Counted from the first letter of the stretch, positions 19,303 through 28,680 are shown. The stretch: DNA of 64,000 nucleotides from Candidatus Levyibacteriota bacterium (GCA_052034235.1 JBPOIT010000011.1:37756-101755); one strand, 5' to 3'. Translations and numbers: made by a program. Notes: generated from the sequence alone by a model not told the origin.

Positions 19303-20235
19303 ATGAAACCTATACTCATTTTCTTTATAGCCACAACCATGCCTCTTGTCATCTTTATTGCAACATTACTCTATGGAGATGTGAGCAATGAACAACTGAA
19401 AAAAGCTCTTAAGGAATCAGGAGTTTATGAACAAATGAGCACATATCTCGTTCGTGGAGATATTGAACTCGATGTGCCCTTCCTTAATGTCGTTAAAGAC
19501 AGGTTCACCGATGAATATTTATATACCAAAACAGAAACGGCATTAGATGTTTCCACAGCCTGGATATCCGGAAAATCACAAACGAGACCCGTCATTTCAT
19601 TTCCGGAACTTAAAGAAGATTTGAATGAGCGTGACCCTGAACTTCTTGCATCATTACAAAAAATTCCTCAGAAAGAAGATTTAGACAAAGCCGGTATAGA
19701 ACCAGAGCAACAGGAAGCATATCTCCAACAAGTAAAGCAAATAAGTGAATTCACAAAAAATGACTTTTCAATAAGACTTGATGACCATTTACAGGGTTTC
19801 AAATTTGCATATGATGGATTAAAAATAGCCTTACCGATACTTGTGCTCCTCATGTTTGGAAGTTTATTTATGGTTTGGAAACTGGCTGACGGATTGCCGG
19901 CAAAATTTAAATGGCTAGGAATTACATTTATTGTTTGTGCTGTCACTGGGTTTAGCGTTATGCTTTCTCATTCGATGATTACCTACGGTATAACAAAAGT
20001 AAGTATGCTTAATGATGCTGAGGTTGTGAAGATGCTTACACCAATTCTGCTTTCTATACTTAACCACTATATGAAACTTTACGCATCGTATCAGGAGCTC
20101 GTAGCTGCTTTCTCACTTATAGTTGCTGTCTTATGCTTTATATTGATGATTGTTACGAGGAAACAAGCGGCCCTAAGTGTGAAACCCCTCAAAGTTCAGC
20201 GCTCCTACTGGGAGAAATCTAATAAGAAGAAGTAA
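19303..20235 (+). CDS. Hypothetical polytopic membrane protein
   Basis: 310 aa. N-terminal TM, a soluble acidic middle region and three C-terminal TM segments. No motif recognised. Confidence 0.55.
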   Translation: MKPILIFFIATTMPLVIFIATLLYGDVSNEQLKKALKESGVYEQMSTYLVRGDIELDVPFLNVVKDRFTDEYLYTKTETALDVSTAWISGKSQTRPVISFPELKEDLNERDPELLASLQKIPQKEDLDKAGIEPEQQEAYLQQVKQISEFTKNDFSIRLDDHLQGFKFAYDGLKIALPILVLLMFGSLFMVWKLADGLPAKFKWLGITFIVCAVTGFSVMLSHSMITYGITKVSMLNDAEVVKMLTPILLSILNHYMKLYASYQELVAAFSLIVAVLCFILMIVTRKQAALSVKPLKVQRSYWEKSNKKK

Positions 20236-20252
20236 GAGCGCCAAAGATTTGA

Positions 20253-20579
20253 TTATACTTTGAGAATTTTGTATTCTCCAATAAGCGGCAATGGTTTCAT
20301 TTCACCATTTGCTGCACTAATAATTCCCATTATCCAAAGGACGAGTCCACCTATACTGACTACACCACTTATCAATGAACCAATAACTGGAATAAAACTT
20401 GAGATTATATTTCCAGCAAAGAAAATAATAAGTATAATCAGCGATTGATTTGCATGAAATATCGCAAACTTTGAATTTTTTGCTGACGTAATTAAAGGGA
20501 TAAAAAATAAAATATACGATAATATCGCCATTGTTTTGTTTTGTGAAACATCACTAGATTCAGATGACATAAAAAACAC
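20253..20579 (-). CDS. DUF4870-like small membrane protein
   Basis: 108 aa. ILSYILFFIPLI...FAIFHANQSL matches the DUF4870 core. 2-3 TM segments. Confidence 0.55.
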   Translation of the reverse strand: MFFMSSESSDVSQNKTMAILSYILFFIPLITSAKNSKFAIFHANQSLIILIIFFAGNIISSFIPVIGSLISGVVSIGGLVLWIMGIISAANGEMKPLPLIGEYKILKV

Positions 20580-20591
20580 CTCCTTTCTTTT

Positions 20592-21497
20592 TTAATATTC
20601 TTCCGGTGCACTATACTCGACCGGAGGCTGAGAATCAAATTCGGATTGAGCAGTATCTGCCTCTTTTTGATATTGTTCCATCATTTTTTGAACATCTTCA
20701 TTATTCATATCCGGAGTGCTGCTATCAAAAGTGTTCGGTTCACCTTCTTTAACAGGTGAAGGTTCAGATATCGATACTTTTCCATAAGTATAAACGGACT
20801 CATTTACCATACCGCTTTTATCTTCCATTCTCATTTTTCTCATTAAATAATCTTTATCATCAAACCAAATATACATTTTGGTATCTGTAGAATCAGGACT
20901 GACCATTTCGTATTTAAAACACGTAAGATCACCACAAGGTTCTTTGGCTATAAATTGATATGTGGTATTGTCCTCGAGCGCAGTATTCTCGTCAAAAGTA
21001 TTCTTATCAATTAACTCTTCAGTTGAAGTTTGCTTTGTATCGTCAACTTTAAATGTTTGCTTCCACCATTTATTATCAGAATAATCTAAGGTATAGGTAA
21101 CATCCCCAATTGAGATTGTGTTCATATTTTCCTTGCCGTTCATTTTTGAAGCCATATGAAACTTATCGGTTCCGTCAATTTCATATATTGATTCTGTTGT
21201 CATCTCATCGAATTTGCCAGTTGATGATACTGCGTAGTTCGTTTGTGCCGGAAAATTATTTATGAATTTACAAAGTTCAGGATCGTTGTATTTGCAATTG
21301 GGATTAAGTGCAGGTTTGACAAATGGCAAAGCTGAGCTTCCAGCTCCTCCACCTTTTTGTGTAAAAAAATAAACACCACCAGCACCCACAAGCACAACGG
21401 CAACGATTGCGACAAGTACAATTTTTGAGATTCCTCGGGGTTTAAACGTAGATTTTCTTCTGACAGTTTTCTGTTTCTTTTTAACTATTTTCTTCAT
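20592..21497 (-). CDS. Hypothetical membrane-anchored extracytoplasmic protein
   Basis: 301 aa. Basic N-terminus plus a TM segment. Two Cys pairs (CKYNDPELC, CGDLTC). Acidic C-terminus. Confidence 0.55.
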   Translation of the reverse strand: MKKIVKKKQKTVRRKSTFKPRGISKIVLVAIVAVVLVGAGGVYFFTQKGGGAGSSALPFVKPALNPNCKYNDPELCKFINNFPAQTNYAVSSTGKFDEMTTESIYEIDGTDKFHMASKMNGKENMNTISIGDVTYTLDYSDNKWWKQTFKVDDTKQTSTEELIDKNTFDENTALEDNTTYQFIAKEPCGDLTCFKYEMVSPDSTDTKMYIWFDDKDYLMRKMRMEDKSGMVNESVYTYGKVSISEPSPVKEGEPNTFDSSTPDMNNEDVQKMMEQYQKEADTAQSEFDSQPPVEYSAPEEY

Positions 21498-21553
21498 TCT
21501 ATATGTAGCATACGCATTTCACGAATCTATTGTCAATACATGAGTTTTGAGAT

Positions 21554-23509
21554 TTAATTTTCCGGGTTATAAACAGAAAGAAATTCTTTAACCTGCTTAT
21601 GCTCCTCCAAAGTCTTTTTGGCAAGAATATCAATTGAAGAGAGTTTCTTTTCAAATATCTCTGTTTGCGCAAAGAAAGGATTTCTTTGAAGTGCTCGTCT
21701 TGCTTTTGTTGTGTGGTTGAGAATATCACTATAAATTGAAATAATATTTTTTTGCCAAAATTGCTCGTTCGTTTTTGCAACAAGAAGATCGATATTTAAT
21801 GCTAATTCCTGTCCTTTTTTCTGCAAATCTAATAATGCTTTTGCTGCAATTGCATTGATATGTCCATGTCTTAGATCCTCTTCAAAATCGTGCGCATCAT
21901 CATTGAGTTGTCGGGCAATTATATAATGATAGAAAAATTTCAAAAGCAACTTTACTTCTGGTGATTTTCTGTTATATCCTAAAGCAAACAAAACGGCAGT
22001 AGGCGCAATTGCATGACCCATTGAACGTTTAGCCAGCATTTCATATTTCCCATATTCAGGCACGTGAATATCGCCGATCCTAACAATCCCTGAAACATTT
22101 ATTCTGCATGTCTTAACCTCCCAACTATTTGCTAATTCTAACTCGTCCATTGTCTGGTGAAAAAATGTAAGAAACTCATCATTGTTTTCTAGAACTGTTG
22201 TGAATATTATGGTTAATTCCCGAAGTGCAATGTTTGCAATTGGCAGCATTTTAGCCTCTCCTTCCCCATCCAAAAAATCATCGTAAATTGTATAGGCAAT
22301 CCAACCATATAAACTTGCAGATCCCAAAATGATTATTTTTTCTATAGGGACTGTTTTATGAGTATTCTTACGACTAGCTAAAATTAAATATGGCAGAGCA
22401 GTTATTTCTGAACCCATCGCTCCATTAATTGTTTGGTTAATAATCGAATGGGCATCAGTTTTTAATTTGCTACTCTCTCGAATAAATCTACGAGAAACAC
22501 GACGAACCACTGCGTCTTGCACACGAACTACTTCAGTTAATTCATCATCAGTTGCGTTTTGTTTACTACTTTTCGTAAGCAATTTGTTATACTTTTCTAT
22601 TGCAAGTAAACAAAATGTAGTCGTTAATGCTTTCGAACCTGCATAATGCTTTTTTCCATCCATGACTGGATCTACGTAAAATCCAAAAGGATTCCATGCT
22701 CCACTTCGTTGTTGTGATACTAAATATTTTATATCTGCTTCAACTTTAGAAGGCGGCATTTTAAAATTAAGAAGCGCTAAAACGATAAGAGCACGAAGCA
22801 TTGGATTATCAATATGTTTATTCTTTAAATTAAGTAATATATCAATAAGTAACTTTTTTTTCTGACCCTTATACCAACGTGAAATAGAATAAATGACGGG
22901 AATTTCAGAATTATAATAAGGTGAGTTTATTTTATTATATTTAATGGCTGTATCGACGAAATTTACGAGACGAGGAAGTTCAATTTCTTGCAACGCAAGG
23001 AAATATGCAATGTTGCTATTAACGACAATATCTACATCCTTCCAAACAGATGATGCGTCTTCTGAAACTAACCATGTTTTATATGGTCCCCCTTCTTTGA
23101 CTTCAAGCACTGTCAATAGTGAAATAATACGTGCTAATGCAGCTCCATCCAATAATTTCGGATTAAATTCGTATAGCGCCGCTAGTGCACAAAAGGTATC
23201 ATCTAAATCATCAGGATAAGGAAATCTTATCGATTCTTTTGAATTACGTTCCCAATAATTAAATGACCAATTTTCTGTTCTTTGTGAAAGTAAATATGAG
23301 GCCGCTTTCTTTTTCATTTTTTTAATTTGCAAATTATCATCAATGTGATTCAAACACGTGAGTATCAACGCCGTTGGAAAAATTGAGTGTAATTTCTTTG
23401 AAGAACTAAAATCATCGGGGTTAGAAGATGAATAACTTATAAAACAACCATTTGCACGCTGTTGGCTTTCAAGAAAAGCAATCCCCTTCTCTATCGATTT
23501 TTTATACAT
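21554..23509 (-). CDS. Two-domain terpenoid-enzyme-like protein. N-terminal class II terpene-cyclase-like alpha/alpha-barrel domain fused to a C-terminal squalene/phytoene-synthase-like (class I isoprenoid synthase fold) domain
   Basis: 651 aa. Three QW-type motifs (KGIAFLESQQRANGCF, AASYLLSQRTENWSF, IKYLVSQQRSGAW) plus PYPDDLDDTFCALAAL, which matches the DxDDTA motif of squalene-hopene/CPP-type cyclases. The C-terminal YTIYDDFLDG (Asp-rich motif 1) and ARQLNDDAHDFEEDLRHGHIN resemble the second Asp-rich motif of CrtM/PSY (QL.N...D..ED...G.I). Its start lies 4 nt after the kinase stop, so the two are translationally coupled. Confidence 0.7.
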   Translation of the reverse strand: MYKKSIEKGIAFLESQQRANGCFISYSSSNPDDFSSSKKLHSIFPTALILTCLNHIDDNLQIKKMKKKAASYLLSQRTENWSFNYWERNSKESIRFPYPDDLDDTFCALAALYEFNPKLLDGAALARIISLLTVLEVKEGGPYKTWLVSEDASSVWKDVDIVVNSNIAYFLALQEIELPRLVNFVDTAIKYNKINSPYYNSEIPVIYSISRWYKGQKKKLLIDILLNLKNKHIDNPMLRALIVLALLNFKMPPSKVEADIKYLVSQQRSGAWNPFGFYVDPVMDGKKHYAGSKALTTTFCLLAIEKYNKLLTKSSKQNATDDELTEVVRVQDAVVRRVSRRFIRESSKLKTDAHSIINQTINGAMGSEITALPYLILASRKNTHKTVPIEKIIILGSASLYGWIAYTIYDDFLDGEGEAKMLPIANIALRELTIIFTTVLENNDEFLTFFHQTMDELELANSWEVKTCRINVSGIVRIGDIHVPEYGKYEMLAKRSMGHAIAPTAVLFALGYNRKSPEVKLLLKFFYHYIIARQLNDDAHDFEEDLRHGHINAIAAKALLDLQKKGQELALNIDLLVAKTNEQFWQKNIISIYSDILNHTTKARRALQRNPFFAQTEIFEKKLSSIDILAKKTLEEHKQVKEFLSVYNPEN

Positions 23510-23513
23510 ACAA

Positions 23514-25004
23514 TTACTTTTTTTTAGATTTATTTTTCGTTTTCTTTTTAAGTTTAAGAGACGGATTAAATATCAAGGTAAACGTTGTTCCTGCACCTTC
23601 TTTACTTATTACTTCTATTGATCCTTTAAATTCTTTTTCTACAATATCTTTACAAAGCGCGAGTCCTATACCCGTTCCTTTTTCAAAACTTTTCGTGGTA
23701 AAAAGAGGATCATAAATTTTAGGAATAATACTTGCAGGAATACCAGAACCCCAATCCTGTATTGAGATAATCACAGATCCTTTACTTTTGTTCATTGTGA
23801 TTTTAATTTTATTATTTTCATGATCTATTTTATCGTAGGAATCTATACCATTTGAAATAATATTTGTGACAAGCTGATTGAACTTTAAAGGATTTCCAAA
23901 GAGTTTCACCTCACTTTGAGACTCATATATGATTTTTATATCCTCATGTGATGCTTTATACGTCAACATTTGAATCACTTGTTTTATTTCATCATTCAGT
24001 GAAAATTCCTGACTGATATCTTGGGTTTGGATTTGTTTCCTGGCTGCTCTTAAATAGCTTTCAATTCTTTCAGTTCCTATTTGTGCGCGATTCAAAGACG
24101 AATAAAGTTTTTCCTGAATTTGTATATGCTCGCTGTTCCTTCGTGCTTGTTCTAAATTTAAGGAGATAACATTTAATGGAGCCACCAATTCATGAAATAA
24201 ACCTGAAGATAATCTACCAAATTCTGCAAAGCGATAAAGCTGCATCAGTTTTTCAACCTGAACTTTTTTCAATTCCTGGGTCCTCTCTGCTACCATGACT
24301 TCTAACTGATCACGCTGTTTTTTCAAAGCAAGTTCTGACGACCGTGCACGTCTTAAAGCCTTTTCCATTTCACGATTATACAGCCATGAAATGAGTGCGA
24401 TTATAAAAAGAATGACTGTATACACAGTAACATCCGCTATAGTCGCTGGTAATTGTGTCCATGAAGTATTAAACGTAATAATGTGGTTCTCATAAGCAAA
24501 TAACAAGACTAATAATGTTAAGGATATAAGAATCGTAGCAAAAAGTGCAAATGATGAACTAATGAGAATTCCACCCATAATAATTACTAGGACATATGTA
24601 AGTAACGCAGAGGGAATATCTATTCCCCAGGTATAACTGGTATAAGTCGCTCCTAGGAAAAAAAGCGTTAGTAGAAAATAAGCAGCATATCGGTATTTGC
24701 CTTTATGCGAGAAATAATAATTAAGAAGTAATACAAAAAAAATACAGGAAGGAATTATTGATGATTCACCAACGAAAGCACTCCCTGTATTAGAATCTAC
24801 AACATCCGTAATAAGAGCAGATATAACTGCAACAAAGGTCAAACCTAATGCTGAGGTAAGAAGGATATTCAAAATGAATTTTCTTCTTGCCACATCCTTA
24901 TTATTTGATTTCGACTCAATAAATACTTTATATAATTTCTTTAATTTATAAAGTACGACGTGAGCTATATCAGATGATGTAAATGTATTCTTTATTATTG
25001 CCAT
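23514..25004 (-). CDS. Sensor histidine kinase, intramembrane-sensing type (6 TM, no large extracytoplasmic domain)
   Basis: 496 aa. N-terminal polytopic membrane region. H-box at LSSGLFHELVAPLNVISLNLE. HATPase motifs at QDWGSGIP and GTGIGLALCKDIVEK. Confidence 0.9.
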   Translation of the reverse strand: MAIIKNTFTSSDIAHVVLYKLKKLYKVFIESKSNNKDVARRKFILNILLTSALGLTFVAVISALITDVVDSNTGSAFVGESSIIPSCIFFVLLLNYYFSHKGKYRYAAYFLLTLFFLGATYTSYTWGIDIPSALLTYVLVIIMGGILISSSFALFATILISLTLLVLLFAYENHIITFNTSWTQLPATIADVTVYTVILFIIALISWLYNREMEKALRRARSSELALKKQRDQLEVMVAERTQELKKVQVEKLMQLYRFAEFGRLSSGLFHELVAPLNVISLNLEQARRNSEHIQIQEKLYSSLNRAQIGTERIESYLRAARKQIQTQDISQEFSLNDEIKQVIQMLTYKASHEDIKIIYESQSEVKLFGNPLKFNQLVTNIISNGIDSYDKIDHENNKIKITMNKSKGSVIISIQDWGSGIPASIIPKIYDPLFTTKSFEKGTGIGLALCKDIVEKEFKGSIEVISKEGAGTTFTLIFNPSLKLKKKTKNKSKKK

Positions 25005-25102
25005 GGTCTTGCGACAACTGGAGTTACCAACGCAACTAATGTCAACGCTGTAACACTTCTGGCAGCTTTACTTGTTAGGGTTTTCTTTAATATTTCTTTC
25101 AT
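24995..25102 (-). CDS. Micro-ORF (35 aa) with a signal-peptide-like or TM peptide, between the response regulator and the kinase
   Basis: The sequence aggaggtgataaaATG gives a strong Shine-Dalgarno. Translation MKEILKKTLTSKAARSVTALTLVALVTPVVARPWQ*. Its stop overlaps the kinase start by about 10 nt. Confidence 0.4.
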   Translation of the reverse strand: MKEILKKTLTSKAARSVTALTLVALVTPVVARPWQ

Positions 25103-25146
25103 TTTATCACCTCCTTTCTATTATACTATTTGTTCTAGAATAAGTG

Positions 25147-25815
25147 TTAAGCTTCTAATTTGTAACCCATACCGTGAACTGTTTTTATAAGTTTTTTGTC
25201 AAAAGCTTTATCAATGTGATCTCGGAGGTATTTAATGTGAACATCAATAGTGTTCGTTGAGGGCTCCTCGACTGTACTCCATACATGATCCAGAATCATT
25301 TCTCTCGTAATAATTCTTCCAACATTCCTAGCAAGGTATTCAAGTAAATAAAACTCTTTCTTTCTCAGTGAAATTCTTTTTCCCTCTCTTGATACCCTCT
25401 GATTATTTAAATCAATTTCAAGATCAGCGATCGAAATTATATTTGACTGAAGTGCTTGAGCAGGTCTTCTAAGCAAAGCACGTATCCGCGCTAATAATTC
25501 GTCCATATGAAAGGGTTTTGTGAGGTAATCATCAGCACCGGCGTTGAGTGCATCCACTTTTTTTGCAACAGCATCTTCTCCAGTTAACATTAATACAGGG
25601 ATAGTTTTCCCACCTTCTCTAATAATTCTACAAACTTCCAACCCACTCATGCCTGGCAGATTAAAATCAACAATAATGATGTCATATTCATTAACAAATG
25701 CTGCATATTCTCCTTCTTCCCCAGATAGAGCTATATCAACAACATAATTTTCTTCTAACTCTTCTTTAAGAGTCTGGGCTAAAACATTATCATCTTCTAT
25801 CAACAATATTTTCAT
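25147..25815 (-). CDS. OmpR/PhoB-family response regulator (receiver plus winged-helix DNA-binding domain)
   Basis: MKILLIEDD...IIIVDFNLPGMSGLEVC...DDYLTKPFHMDELLARIRALLRR, then the C-terminal winged helix (DVHIKYLRDHID...TVHGMGYKL). Confidence 0.95.
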   Translation of the reverse strand: MKILLIEDDNVLAQTLKEELEENYVVDIALSGEEGEYAAFVNEYDIIIVDFNLPGMSGLEVCRIIREGGKTIPVLMLTGEDAVAKKVDALNAGADDYLTKPFHMDELLARIRALLRRPAQALQSNIISIADLEIDLNNQRVSREGKRISLRKKEFYLLEYLARNVGRIITREMILDHVWSTVEEPSTNTIDVHIKYLRDHIDKAFDKKLIKTVHGMGYKLEA

Positions 25816-26120
25816 GAGTAAAATTCGGTATCAGTATACCAGATGAAACACTACTAAAACTTTATTAAATTTTTATTAAATGATGAATTATTTACATAAA
25901 TATTACATTTCTGTCATGCTTTTACAATATCAAAGGTATATAGTTAAATTTAAGAATGATACTTAAAGCACAAGGAAAATTTGTGTTTAATTGTTGTTTT
26001 CTTTTTAAGATTGTTTAATCTCTTATGTCGAATTCTTATTTTAATTTAGTTCAATTTGTTGTATACGGGGCAATATTCAGTTTTTATTTTATTATACTGG
26101 AATCAATATTTAACTAAATA

Positions 26121-27155
26121 TTATAGTCCTGAAAGGTCACGAATTTCTTTTTCGCTAAAAGGAGTTATCTTACTTGTAAGTACCGTATTTAATTTTGTGA
26201 TCACAGCATTTGCTATAAATCCATTCACAACCGTGCCTGTATGAACACCATCTTCAAGATAAAAATTATTAGGATTATTGCTTAACATTACTCGCTCAAT
26301 CTGAACTCCGTCAACCGTAAACTGACCACTATCATCCTTTCTGAATAACTCTTTATAGACAGCATTTATATCCACCGTCATCAGATTTTCTTCCTGAGCA
26401 AACTTGTCAATTTCTGCATTCGTATCATTTATAACTTCTGTTACAAAAATTCGCTGTTGTGGCAACGGAAAAGCAACCTTCACTCCTAGATGATTGCCCC
26501 AATCAGGAATTTTGATAAGTACAATTCTGACATCCCCTGCATCTTTGAGCGTGTATACTATTGTTTTAATATCTGCAAGGATATGGTTCTCAATGCTTTT
26601 TTTTGCTGAGTTAGTAAGGTTACCGCTATAAATAGCTTCGTAATGTTCATGTGGCATATAAGGCGAAAAATCAAGCGCCCCTATAAAAACAACGACGACA
26701 TTAACTTTACCTTCTTTTATTTGTTGTGCAGCTCCTATATGCTGCCCGCTTTCTATCACACTATTCGAAGTCGCACCTGTTCTTGCCCAGTTATATTCAT
26801 AACCGTCTCGTCTAGGCTCTTCACGCCTCCCCCACTCACCGACGTTTACATTTCTATATTTGGATAACAGTTCAACCCAGTTATATGTCGTAGAAGCATA
26901 ATTACTCCCCCGCCAGTCATCAGCACGGTATTCGTCCGATTGACTGTCTCCAAGTACCGCCATGCCCTTCATAGTGAGCGGTGCGGGGGTCGCTGACGGA
27001 ATGAGGTATTGAAGTCTATCACTCACCAAACCAGGATTCTGAAATGTGAAAATCGTAGCAGCTAATGAACCTAAGCTAATCACTGCCATCAAAAAAATGC
27101 CGAGAATTTTTATGACTCTTATAACGTGATTAATGTTTTTATTATTTTTCTTCAC
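26121..27155 (-). CDS. Membrane-anchored SGNH/GDSL-family hydrolase (esterase/lipase-like)
   Basis: N-terminal TM, then VLGDSQSD (GDSxxD block I) and a C-terminal DGVHTG (DxxH block V). Confidence 0.7.
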   Translation of the reverse strand: MKKNNKNINHVIRVIKILGIFLMAVISLGSLAATIFTFQNPGLVSDRLQYLIPSATPAPLTMKGMAVLGDSQSDEYRADDWRGSNYASTTYNWVELLSKYRNVNVGEWGRREEPRRDGYEYNWARTGATSNSVIESGQHIGAAQQIKEGKVNVVVVFIGALDFSPYMPHEHYEAIYSGNLTNSAKKSIENHILADIKTIVYTLKDAGDVRIVLIKIPDWGNHLGVKVAFPLPQQRIFVTEVINDTNAEIDKFAQEENLMTVDINAVYKELFRKDDSGQFTVDGVQIERVMLSNNPNNFYLEDGVHTGTVVNGFIANAVITKLNTVLTSKITPFSEKEIRDLSGL

Positions 27156-27207
27156 ATATCTATTCTACCAAAAAAAAATTCTTCGTATTGTATGCTAGAA
27201 TACGATC

Positions 27208-27528
27208 ATGGCCTCAAAGCAGACTACTGTCGATTTTATTACAGAACAAATTGCTGGAGCAGGACAAATTCGCTCAAGGAAAATGTTTGGCGAATATACA
27301 ATTTATTGTAATGAAAAAGTCGTAGCACTCGTTTGTGATGATAAATTATTTGTAAAACCAACCAAAGCCGGCAGACTTTTTATCGAAACTGTTGAAGAAG
27401 GTGAACCATATCCCGGCGCCAAAGCTTACTTTCATATATCTGGAGACTACTGGGAAGACAGACAATGGCTTACTGAATTAATTGCAAAAACCGCCGAAGA
27501 ACTACCACTTCCAAAACCAAAAAAATAG
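27208..27528 (+). CDS. TfoX N-terminal-domain protein (Sxy/TfoX_N only)
   Basis: 106 aa. RKMFGEYTIYCNEKVVALVCDDKLFVK matches TfoX_N. Extended -10 tgctagaat lies 9 nt upstream of the ATG. Confidence 0.75.
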   Translation: MASKQTTVDFITEQIAGAGQIRSRKMFGEYTIYCNEKVVALVCDDKLFVKPTKAGRLFIETVEEGEPYPGAKAYFHISGDYWEDRQWLTELIAKTAEELPLPKPKK

Positions 27529-27530
27529 CA

Positions 27531-27560
27531 AAAAGGCGGGTGTTACCCCGCCTTTTTAAA
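27531..27560. terminator. Bidirectional rho-independent terminator (aaaaggcgggtgttaccccgccttttt)
   Basis: GC-rich 6-bp stem flanked by an A-run and a T-run. It sits between the convergent TfoX (+) and YcnI-like (-) genes. Confidence 0.8.
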
Positions 27561-27584
27561 AGCTCTAAGTAAAAAAACCCCAAA

Positions 27585-28223
27585 CTATTTCTTCTTTCGT
27601 GAACTCAGAAAGAGAGCTCCACCGGATAGCGCAAGTGCAACAACACTGAGTGCTGTTGGCAGACTTGCATCTGTCGAGGCTGGTTTTTCCGTTTCGGAAT
27701 GACTGCCTTCAGCTAAAGCGAGATCATTAACGATCTTCGTTTCAGAATATGGCTTTACATCGTGATCGTCATGATCCTGGCTCGGTGCCTGATCCCAAGC
27801 AACCACTTCTCCATCCGAATAGGTTTGATATGCCTTCCATTGCAATGTTGTTTCTTCAGCAGGTACTTGTGCACTGAATAGAAATTCATCACGCTGACCA
27901 GCAGGAATAGATCCGCCCGTCCAGATAATCTCTGTAACAACTGCTGCTTCTCCTTCTCCAGATTTTTTGACTTCAATCGTCCATCCCGGTTTTACATTGG
28001 GAGTCACATACTGCAGCCCGCTAGGAATAACAAGACGCAACGCAACTGTAGGTACATCTTTTTCATTAGGAACCCCTGTCGTAAATGTTTGGAATGCAGC
28101 TGAACCAACTTGATTTGGTTTTACTGTGACATGCGCTGAAACAAAGGCCGCACTCATTAAAAAGACGCCAGTCAATGCAACACTTACTACTGTTTTTGTT
28201 ATATTCTTTTTTTGATTTTTCAT
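27585..28223 (-). CDS. YcnI-like DUF1775 copper-binding protein with a C-terminal TM anchor
   Basis: Signal peptide, then AHVTVKPNQVGSAAFQTFTTGVPNE...VIPSGLQYVTPNVKPGW, the DUF1775 pattern with His as the first mature residue. C-terminal hydrophobic anchor plus KKK. Confidence 0.7.
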   Translation of the reverse strand: MKNQKKNITKTVVSVALTGVFLMSAAFVSAHVTVKPNQVGSAAFQTFTTGVPNEKDVPTVALRLVIPSGLQYVTPNVKPGWTIEVKKSGEGEAAVVTEIIWTGGSIPAGQRDEFLFSAQVPAEETTLQWKAYQTYSDGEVVAWDQAPSQDHDDHDVKPYSETKIVNDLALAEGSHSETEKPASTDASLPTALSVVALALSGGALFLSSRKKK

Positions 28224-28317
28224 TTATATACACACCTCCTTTCTTTTCCTCATGTGATATGAGTTTTAGACTCGATAAGTTGTTACTTACCGGTGAAAAC
28301 CTTAGAGCTTTTGGGAA

Positions 28318-28677
28318 TTACACAATTTCTGGTGGAGACCGAGGAGAATGATGAAGAGTAACGAAAGGAATATATCTTTGCGGCTGGCATGTTAACTTAT
28401 ATCCATTTAATAAATCACTTTGTGAAAAATCTAAAATATTTGTAATAACCGCAAATTGAGGTAAACAACATGCATGCACTTGTACGTGAGATATCGTTTC
28501 ATCATGAGCCATAAAAAGCATCATCACCGGCACATGATGAAAAGCTATAAAGACGAGCAAGACGCATGAAAGCAAGGCGTGTTGCGTATGAAGTATGTTT
28601 ATTTTATCGCGGAAAAGCCAAAGAAGTAAAACAGCAGGTACAGCAGAAAAAATGATGTGATAAACGTGTTCGTGCAT
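28318..28677 (-). CDS. His-rich small membrane protein (possible metal-handling)
   Basis: 119 aa, about 3 TM. HHVPVMMLFMAHDETISHVQVHACC. Context only. Confidence 0.45.
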   Translation of the reverse strand: MHEHVYHIIFSAVPAVLLLWLFRDKINILHTQHALLSCVLLVFIAFHHVPVMMLFMAHDETISHVQVHACCLPQFAVITNILDFSQSDLLNGYKLTCQPQRYIPFVTLHHSPRSPPEIV

Positions 28678-28680
28678 GTA

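Noticed and set aside
21499-21783. 94-aa minus-strand ORF overlapping the 3' end of the terpenoid-fusion gene
   Set aside because: It overlaps a longer, motif-supported ORF in another frame and has an implausible composition.
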